From Octopus vulgaris (Eukaryota): a DNA stretch of 64,000 nucleotides. Both the position numbers and the translations under genes were made by a program. The stretch lies in contig OX597817.1 of the NCBI GenBank assembly GCA_951406725.2, forward strand, positions 61,318,001 to 61,382,000, read 5' to 3'. A model generated the notes under the pieces. That model searched no databases, was not told the DNA's origin, and saw only the letters and a list, made by a program, of their open reading frames with translations. This document shows, in pieces, positions 54,788 to 64,000 of this stretch. The number at the start of each line of letters is the position of its first letter. Positions within the stretch are counted from its first letter, which is position 1.

Positions 54788-55314
54788 TACCTACATGTAT
54801 AAATATCTATACATATGCATCATATACAAATATGTGTATATATGTTTATATCTATATGTGTGTGTATATCTGTGTGTTCGTGTTTGTGTGTGTGTGTACG
54901 GAGGGTGTAACATTTTGTGGCATGAAGAGATCACACATATATATTCCTTTCAGATTAATATTAGAATGATAACATCTACATTATCTTAATTTACGAGTCT
55001 AATACCGGAAAACATAATTGCAGCATCAACAGCAAGAATCTAAAGCTATTAGTATTTATAAAAAGCCTTTTTTTTAATGTTGTTGTCCATGGTGGTGGTC
55101 GTGGTGTTGTTACTACTGTTATTATTAATAGGGTAATGGATTTTCAGTGTTTATTCTGACACTAAATTTTGAGTTCAAATTCTTCTAAGGTAAATTTTAT
55201 CTTTAATTCTTTCGAATGGTGTTGATGGATCGAATATATATTTATATATATATACTTAGATAAGTTTCGAGTAGCATTGGCTGAAGCTATGTCTAACTTG
55301 AATCGCACCAGCTG

Positions 55315-55390
55315 AAGACTGGGGTCGATGTAATCGACTTATCCTCTTCCCCAAAATTGCTGCCCTTGTGGCAAAATGTGAAACCATTAT
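55315..55390 (+). mobile_element. SINE family B, 3' end
   Basis: CTGGGGTCGATGTAATCGACTT...CCCCAAAATTGCTGCCCTTGTGGCAAAATGTGAAACC. Confidence 0.82.
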
Positions 55391-55666
55391 CATCAATAAT
55401 ATTAATACGCTAACTTTTTTGTTTTTGTACGTACCTGTTGTGTGCGTCACACTTACTTCAAAGAAGTTGCAAAGCCAGAGAGAGGAGGACAGAGAGGAGG
55501 TAAGTGAGAGAGAGAGAAAGGGAGAGTGGGACAGAAAGGGAGAGAGTGAGAGAGAAAGAGAGGAAGTGAAAGAGATAGTGAATGGTGGCACCGTCCGTTT
55601 TGGTATTGAGCAGAATATTTGCTGTAGCCCATTTTTATACCAAGACAAAACAATGTACATGATAAA

Positions 55667-55725
<59 letters not shown>

Positions 55726-55727
55726 GT

Positions 55728-55945
55728 AGGTGGCGAACTTGCAGAATTGTTAGCACGCCAGACGAAATGCTTAGCGGTATTTCGCCCGTCGATACGTTCT
55801 GAGTTCAAATTCCGCCGAGGTCGACTTTGCCGTTCATCCTTTCGGGTTCGATAAATTAAGTACCAGTCAAATGCTGGGGTCGATATGTTCGATTCCTTCC
55901 CACGCAAAATTCAGACCTAGTGCCTATAGTAGAAAGGATTATTAC
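55728..55945 (+). mobile_element. SINE family B, full length, after (ATT)n
   Basis: Colinear with 54020-54240. Confidence 0.92.
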
Positions 55946-56065
55946 AGTAACAAGATCATTAATATATATATCGTCGTCATCATCATCATCATTATCGTTG
56001 TCGTCGTTGTCATCATTGTCGTAAATATTATCGTCATTATTTTACTATTGCTACTTTGTCAAGGG

Positions 56066-56150
56066 AGAAGAAGAAGAAGAAGAAGAAGAAGAAGAAGAAG
56101 AAGAAGAAGAAGAAGAAGAAGAAGAAGAAGAAGAAGAAGAAGAAGAAGAA
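56066..56150. repeat. (AAG)n microsatellite
   Basis: Directly visible. Confidence 0.97.
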
Positions 56151-56944
56151 ATGCTGTGAAACGAATAAAACAAAGGCGTCTACGATGAGAAATAAGAACA
56201 GCAACAAGAATGAAAATGAGATTAACACAAGAAACCATAAAACCAACAAGAGAAACGACAACAACAGCAACAACAACAACAACAACAACTGCAGAATCTG
56301 TGCAACAGGAATATGTTTACAGACTGCAGTTTGTGTTTTGTGTTTTTGTTACCAACCACAGGAGCAAAAAACAGTGGCAAACGAAAATAAATAAATAGAG
56401 AAATAAATAAGGAAATAGAAATAAATGAATAACAAAATGGCAGGCATGACATCAAAATTCGTGTTAGTTGTCAGACGATTTGTAAGTACACAGGCGGGAG
56501 GTTATAAGAAGAAAAAAATGATCGTCAGAAACAGAGGCCTTGTTTTTCTCAAGTTGTCTTTAAAAACTCATTAAATTTGTGAGAAATACAAGGGAAGGAA
56601 ATATAGAAAATAAAAATATAATGATAATAATATGCGATGTATTGAAAATGTTAAAGGCAGACGATCCTACAGAGCGACGAAAAACTGATGTTTAGATAAA
56701 AATGGACGATTAACTTTATTTCCTTCTGCCATGTTTGCCTTTTTGTTTGTTTTTCTCTGTTTCTTGTTTCGTAATCTTTTTGTTTTATTGCTTAATTTCG
56801 TTTGTATGAGATTCGGTTTTTATTTCATTTTTATCTCTTTTCGGTAACTGGAGATATTTTTGTTTTATTAAAACACTTTTATATAATATTCTAATGTTAT
56901 TTATTTTGCTATTCTTCATAACATCATTTGTGTGTAAGTGTGTG

Positions 56945-57016
<72 letters not shown>

Positions 57017-57104
57017 ACATACATATTTATACATAATTAAGATAAAGCCACTATTTAATGGTTTATCAGTGGCCAGCGTACAAAAGAACCATACAGGTTA
57101 AATT

Positions 57105-57705
57105 AATATTTAAAGTATAATTATAAATATATATCAGAAATACTAAATTTCTAAATCTCTCGTAGAGACATGTACGGTGGAACCATTCTATAAATATATA
57201 ATTATAAAGAAGGGCGCTGGAGAGATAGCACCTGTACACTTGAAATAGACGTCAAACAACTACAAACCGCTTAAGTTAACAATCCGTTTTATCACAAAGT
57301 TGTATACAAGGAAAATGGACGAAAAGAAGGATTTATAAAAATATTGTGGACACCCCTGTATCTTAAGATTTCATGTTTTGCAATATTAAAATTGCTTTAC
57401 AATCTTCAGTAGGGTACATCGATCGTAAATGAATGAGAAATACATATACATACCCGTAGGGATACACTCGTACAAGCACGAATATATTCATATATTTCAC
57501 ACGTATCACAAGGCTGTATGCAAGGAAAATGGACAAATCTTTTTTTCTTTTTACTTGTCGATTTTTCTCGCATAGAGTCTTGTGATAAACGGAGTGTTAA
57601 CTTAAGTGGTTTGTAGTCGTTCGACATCTATTTCAAGCAGTCAGGCGCTATCCCTCCAGTACCCTTATTTATAACTATATATTTATAATTATACTTTAAA
57701 TATTA
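57105..57705. repeat. Diverged inverted repeat with a small insert in the left arm
   Basis: 57105-57133 plus 57190-57330 are reverse-complementary to 57545-57705 (e.g. CTTGAAATAGA.GTC.AAC.ACTACAAACC.CTTAAGTTAACA). Confidence 0.85.
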
Positions 57706-57749
57706 TATATACACTTATCTATATATATATGCATGTGTGTATGTGTATG

Positions 57750-57782
<33 letters not shown>

Positions 57783-57827
57783 ATATATATATATACATGC
57801 ACTTATACACACGTATATGTCTGTGTG

Positions 57828-57865
<38 letters not shown>

Positions 57866-59380
57866 TGTGTGTGCGTGTGTGTCGATAAAGTACTACGGGA
57901 CGATTCGTTCGACTAAAACTCTTCAATACGGTAGCCCAGCATGACTGCAGTCCAGTGACTGAATCAAGTAAAAGATACATAAGTGTAGGTGTCCTACAAA
58001 ATGTATTGACGTATTTAGAACATAACAGGTGTTGAAGGAGAAAGAAAGTGTAGATTTGTCTAATCCAATGTTTCAGGCCGTAACATGCTTTTCGTACAAC
58101 TTCATCATGAATATATATCTCTAACAATGATGCTTATATGATATGTCGGATATTACAAGACAGAATTGAGTTCTGCGTATATAAATGTGAGTACATTGTG
58201 TGTTATATACGTGAGTGTATGTGTGTGCATATTTGTAAATATGAATGTATCTATGAGTGTATATATTCTATATATGAGTATAAATATGTTTAATATGTTT
58301 AATATGTTTAATATGTATAGGTGTATGCTTGATTATGTCGTTGTGGTAATGCGTCCGCGTGTGGAATATTCGCAGCTGGTAAAGGCGATGTGGTAGTGAC
58401 TTACCAACCAAAATGTTAACAATTCATTACCGGTCGCTACCATTGTTCTGCGCTTCTGTCGAAGAAGCGTATTTCTAGCCAGTTTAATCAACAAAATTCT
58501 AACTAATGACCAGACAAGATTTCAACAATAAATAGCACTGTATAATGGACATTAGTTTCTATATGCGGGTCCTGAAGAACAGCACTTATACCACACATCA
58601 TCAAGTAAAGTATCGTTGAGAAATTTAAGCCATAAAATAATGACTCACAAAGCACAGAAAGCACACACATCCTTATTAGATCAAATAACGGCATCGACCT
58701 TCTAAATTCCAGATGTGAGGTTTTTACAAAATGTATGCATCTTGATAGGCTTTGCTTATTGAAATGTTAGGTTCTAGTAATCGTCAATTGGATATAGTGG
58801 CCTGTGGGTGAGTGTGAGGCCTAGAAATAGACACAAAATCAGCGGAGGTGGAGCTGAATTAGATACTTGCGAATGGAAGTTTCATTAAATTCATCAACTT
58901 CACGAAGCAGATTTCCGTGTAATAACAGATCGACTGACATCTGTATCGTTTTTATTTCTACAAAATTTCAATTAGCTGATTTTATTTACGTTATCTCCCT
59001 TGCGTATTATTTTTACATTTTAAGTACTCTTTAGAGAGTAATTGTCTACTAATTGCGTGCTTAATCTTATTGAAATGAAGTTTTCAATTTGCTCTATTAG
59101 GCAAATGAAAGTTGACTGTTTGTGTCTTTAGTCTGCTCTCTTGGGCTACTTTCCAGAAACCTTGTAAGATTCATATTCATAACGGTTCTGAGAGGTTCCC
59201 ATTTACTTTTACCACCGAGCAAGCGTCGGTGTGCATTGCTGCGATGCAGCTACCGAAAACGGCTCCGAAACTGACTGCTTTTAGGACTTTTGCCAAGTAG
59301 CAGTGCTCAGCCCCAAGCTAGGCTTTTGACCGATCCTAATTAATAGGGCCCCCCCCCCCACCATCCCGATACCAGATTTT

Positions 59381-59668
59381 CTACTCATTCCTTTCTATGA
59401 TGTAATTCATGATGTTGTCGTAGATGGATTTGCTGGGGATCGTACATGCTTGAGTTTCTCCGACCAAACCGTCCATGACTAGCAGCAACGTCTGTGCCAA
59501 AACCTTAGCCAAAATTTTAAACTTTACATTCAGCAGGGCTATGGGCTGGAAATTACCTATAATATCCCCTGTATCGGCATCCTCTCTCAACAAGGTTAAC
59601 GCACCTAAGCTCACAGACCTGGGAATTCTCCCGTTTTGCTGCCTGTTGTCATAGAAGTCAAATCCCAT
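59381..59668 (-). mobile_element. Tx1/L1-clade LINE reverse transcriptase N-terminal fragment
   Basis: GALTLLRE...IGNFQPIALLNVKFKILAKVLA..LVGETQAC.IPSKSIYDN. Confidence 0.88.
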
Positions 59669-60609
59669 TGCTTATATTAGTTCGGTCATAGTTAGGATCT
59701 CCTATCTTTCGTTTATATTTTCCAAGAAATTTCAGTCAGCTGATTTGAATAAAGTTGTCTCCCTTTTTTTCCTTTTTTCTTAATTGTAAGCATCTCTAGA
59801 GCGAGCTTTTATCTACTAATTGCTTTAATAATCTCAGTTGATCGAAATTATTTTTTTCAACTGACTTTATTACATATTTGAAATCCTACCGTGTGTGTAT
59901 TTAGTGTGCAAAAGGCTCCCCTGAGACACAGTCTCGCAGCCATATTGTTGATATTTCTTCAATAATTGCTTCCCCTCTTACGCTTACTTTCTCTTCATTT
60001 CTACTCCGTTTCTTTCATTTATCTTTTTTTTTTTTTCATATCTTTTCAGCATTTCTTTTTTAATATTCTTTTTCATTTTGGCATCAAGAAAATATTTTAG
60101 CAGTAAAACGCATTTCCTTTATCTTTCGCTTTTGATTCTTTCTTTCTTTTTTGTTTTGTTTTTTTGTTTTTTTTCCTTTTTATGTTTTTTTTTCCTTATT
60201 ATTTACGCTTTCGTTTCACCACCGATTTTTTGGGGGTGGTTCTTTTTTTCTTTACTTTTCTCACTGCATTTTTTTAATAACCATAAAGACAGTGTAAAAG
60301 TTATTCGTAGAATATTCCAATGAGGAATTAGGGCATGAATTTTGAGGTGAATTTAACCACCGAAATATTTTTATGATGAAATAAAATCAACAACAACAAC
60401 AACAACAACAATGATGATAATAATAATTCTTTCTACTAAAGGCCCAGGCCTGAAATTTTGTGCTCAACTGGTGTTTTATTTTATAGATCCTGAAAGGAGG
60501 AAACGCAAAATTAACCACGGCCGATTTGGAATTCAGCAAAGATGGATGAATTGTCGCTTACGATGCTGCCTCCCGCCGATTTCCTATAATAATAATAATA
60601 ATTTTTTTC

Positions 60610-60830
60610 TACTCTAGGCACAGGGCTGATTTTTTTCCTTTTTTGGTAGAGAGGGGGCTGGTCGATTACATCAACATCGGTTCTTGGCTGGTACTTTGTT
60701 TCATCGACCCCTGAAAAAAGTGAAAGGCAAAATCTACTTCAGCGGAATTTGAACTCAGAACCTAAAGACGGACGAAATGCTGCAAGGCATTTTGTCCGGT
60801 GTTCTAACGATTCTGCAAGCTCAGCGCTTC
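60610..60830 (-). mobile_element. SINE family B
   Basis: CGGAATTTGAACTCAGAAC...GCATTTTGTCCGG..CTAACGATTCTGC. Confidence 0.85.
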
Positions 60831-61019
60831 CTCCGGTACAGCTATTCCAAAAGGCTTGCCTCGACACGGCCTGAATAATCAGGAAAGTATTAGATATCTG
60901 AAAAGACCGAATGGCAGGGTACCGTAGGCTGCAGGTCTTCCAACAAAACCTGAGAAAAAAGAAATGATAATTACCAAGACAAAATAATGTACATGACAAC
61001 ATTTCCAATCTTAGCTAAT

Positions 61020-61523
61020 TGAAATTCTTATTATGTATATTGTTTGTGTCTTGGTATAAAAGACGGATTACAGAAAATATTCTGCTCAATGCCACATATT
61101 TGCTTGTCAGTTGCTTGACTTTAAGCAGTTCACCATGTCCCTTAGTGGCTGACGATATGTGCATCTCTGATCATGAGCAGAAGTAGTAAGGGAGCATCAT
61201 AGCCATGTGTTGAGAGGAGTTCTTTGGGGTTTGCATAATTCACATTTGGAAACATGGGTGTTTTGTTCAACATCTTTAAACAATTCTTATTAAGAGACCT
61301 TTTGAGCGGGATAGGCTACTCCACCTGAGGAAAAATTTTACTGGGCCCCACCTGCAAGGTCATGCACTGTTTATCTTGATATGAGATCGCCATGCCATGC
61401 ACGTATGGTTGTGGTGCTTGTGCTAGATGTACCCTTATCAGACGGGTGGGCATGATGGGTGTATTAGGTGTCATATATTTGTACCACAGTGTCACTTTGA
61501 TGGCATGCGCTACTCTTCCACTC
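61020..61523 (-). repeat. Dispersed repeat, family unassigned (possibly a SINE body)
   Basis: 61045-61095 is reverse-complementary to 55600-55660 (ATTGAGCAGAATATTT.CTGTA..CC.T.TTTTATACCAAGACA); the remainder is assigned only by recalled similarity. Confidence 0.55.
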
Positions 61524-61749
61524 AAGAAGAAGAAGAAGAAGAAGAGGAATATCAGGAGGAAGAAGAAGAAGAAGAAGAAGAAGAGGAATAGGAGGAGGAG
61601 GAAGAAGAAGAAGAAGAAGAAGAAGAAGAAGAAGAGGAGGAGGAGGAGGAGGAGGAAGAAGAAGAAGAAGAAGAAGAAGAAGAAGAAGAAGAAGAAGAAG
61701 AAGAAGAAGAAGAAGAAGAAGAAGAAGAAGAAGAAGAAGAAGAAGAAGA
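61524..61749. repeat. (AAG)n/(AGG)n polypurine microsatellite
   Basis: Directly visible; explains the poly-K/R ORF. Confidence 0.97.
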
Positions 61750-62292
61750 TGCGTGCTTCTGATATTATAACCAGAACGAAATTTTATGATCTTTCTAAAA
61801 AGTTACAAAACAATTAAATAAACATATTCTAAGCATTTTCTTTTTAAGATTCAAACTTCTAACATTGTTCTACACGGGATTATCAATTTTAGAAATAAGT
61901 ATAATTACACTAGTCATCTCAGGTATAAATTTCACCTTCATTATAGTAAATTACAAGTTATATAAAGTGAGAAACTCAGGAGAAAAAGACAACAGTAAAA
62001 TACTACCAGTGTTCCGAAGCCCGTACCCAGGATTGATAGAGAGCGCAATGCGAATGAGGTCAGACATAAACATAAAGAAGTACTCTGGAATAACAACAGT
62101 TGGACTAGAAGCAAACAAAGTGAAACCGGTTAGGTAGAAAGTATGTACGAAGAAAGCAAACATATTTTCCCTATGTAAAGGACACACACAAACACACACA
62201 CATATAATATATAATATATAATATATAATATATATATATAATATACATTCATATTAATACGTGTGAGCATGTATCTATATATGTATATACAG

Positions 62293-62344
<52 letters not shown>

Positions 62345-62511
62345 TGTAATCCAGGGGAGTCTAAAAGAGTTATGACCAGCAACTCAGAATAGACTCGAAG
62401 ACAAATGTCTGAGAGTGAAGTAACCTTTAATTCCTAGTCGTTGGTCCGAAAAAAATGCTTTAATTTGTATGTGTATGTAGGCGTGTTTATGTGTGTATGT
62501 TTGGTCGTACG

Positions 62512-62554
<43 letters not shown>

Positions 62555-62813
62555 TTTAACTGTACATGTGCGTGTATGTGTGTTTGTGTACATGAGCAGC
62601 AAAATCAGGAGTCTATGAGAATAACAGATTCCTCATACGATACAAAAAAATGCCATAATGCAAGTGGCCGCTTATGTCCTGTAGAGCGATATAACAGATA
62701 GAGAGGAGATGGAATCCTCATCAAATTGATATAAACAACGAATAGATGTCTGTCATTTGTTTGGTATCTGCTTGTTTGCGGTTCTATCTGCCTATCCATG
62801 CGTGTATGTCTAC

Positions 62814-62870
<57 letters not shown>

Positions 62871-63069
62871 CGAACACATACATATATACATATATGTATG
62901 CATGTGTGTATGTATGTATATACATATATGTGAGTGTGTGCGTACATATATATATATATAGGTAGTTGCTTCTTTATCTCATTATCTTTCAATCTTTATC
63001 TGCATTTGTGTACATGTGAATTCCTCTGCTTTACATACGTTTAGTTGGAAGTGTATGGACGTGTACGTA

Positions 63070-63109
<40 letters not shown>

Positions 63110-63206
63110 CGTGTGTACCAGGGCTTTCAAATCCGCATTTATGCATATGTATGTTCCTATTTCTGTTTTGTGCTGTCGTTTTCCTTACTCATTCTCTGTT
63201 CTCTCT

Positions 63207-63250
<44 letters not shown>

Positions 63251-63339
63251 GTTGTATATTCGAGTTTGTTGATGCACACACTATATGCATGCACACATAG
63301 ACACACTAAAAGCTTCGTGATACCTACTCAGAGGCCCAC

Positions 63340-63720
63340 GCAAAGTTTTCGAAAAGTTTTCATTGTTCTTGACACAATGAAGATCTTGTGCAACTGAAAC
63401 CTCAGTGTCTTTTTGGTCGCCTGAAAGCAGTTTTGGTACAAACTTGGCAGACATGCGTCTCATACCCAAATCTTCAGTCATAATGGACTGGTCTGAACCG
63501 TAACTAATCTGCACATTTTGTCGACGAATTCCTCTCACATTTGCACGCATTTCTGCGATGTTTCTCTCAGTTCTGCTGGTTGTGGGTCTCCCAGAACGTT
63601 CGTCAAAATCAACATGTTTTCGGCCATCTTGGAAACGTCTGAACCACTTGTACATCTGGGTGCGGCTCATACTCTCTTCTCCATACACTTTCTGCAATTT
63701 TGCGTATGCCTCTCAGCAGG
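63340..63720 (-). mobile_element. mariner transposase N-terminal (HTH) fragment
   Basis: QKVYGEESMSRTQMYKWFRRFQDGR..DERSGRPTTS..EDLGMRRMSAKFVPKLL (WVPxxL-like motif); catalytic domain absent. Confidence 0.9.
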
Positions 63721-64000
63721 TATTGCCATGACAACTTTCTCTGTCACGATGAATACGATGATCACACGCTACACACCTTCCTTCCAAGCACAGCTGTAAA
63801 CAGTGGAAGTGAGTTCAAGGTCAATTTTTATCAAGCGGCTTCACTGAGAGTGCACGAAGGTTCAATGGTTGATAAATGCTAAGACTAATCTCTCTTCAAA
63901 TACAACAAATGAGAAGAAAAGGCAACAAGAATCTTGATAATTTCCGTAATATTAATCTTAAACTAACTTATGGATTACTCACCTTCTCCACCGCTGTTGA

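Noticed and set aside
61865-62199. Overlapping ORFs on both strands in unique sequence
   Set aside because: No homology recognised and weak splice context; cannot be supported as CDS.

Overview
AT-rich eukaryotic DNA dominated by microsatellites ((TA)n, (CA)n, (TACA)n, (GATA)n, (ATT)n, (AAG)n) and decayed transposable elements. The repeat families resemble those I recall from octopus (coleoid cephalopod) genomes; this is inference, not a database result. No intact, recognisable host gene is present, and most ORFs in the track are translated microsatellites. Supportable content: many copies of at least four tRNA-derived SINE families; R4/Dong-type RLE LINE fragments, several stacked in (TAA)n; two CR1-clade LINE fragments; RTE fragments; a Tx1/L1-like RT fragment and several related LINE 3' ends; three Penelope-like (Naiad/Nematis-type) RT/GIY-YIG fragments; two mariner transposase fragments; a TA-flanked MITE; a head-to-tail non-autonomous Helitron dimer; Penelope-type minimal hammerhead ribozyme motifs; and several long fold-back inverted repeats. 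A weakly supported spliced minus-strand gene (exons near 34.9-35.0 kb and 31.9-32.0 kb) is possible. The most interesting signals are two SINE/LINE shared 3' tails visible within the window, the Helitron dimer with an extra segment, the hammerhead-bearing family and the fold-back elements. Boundaries of decayed elements are approximate (tens of bp), read by eye.
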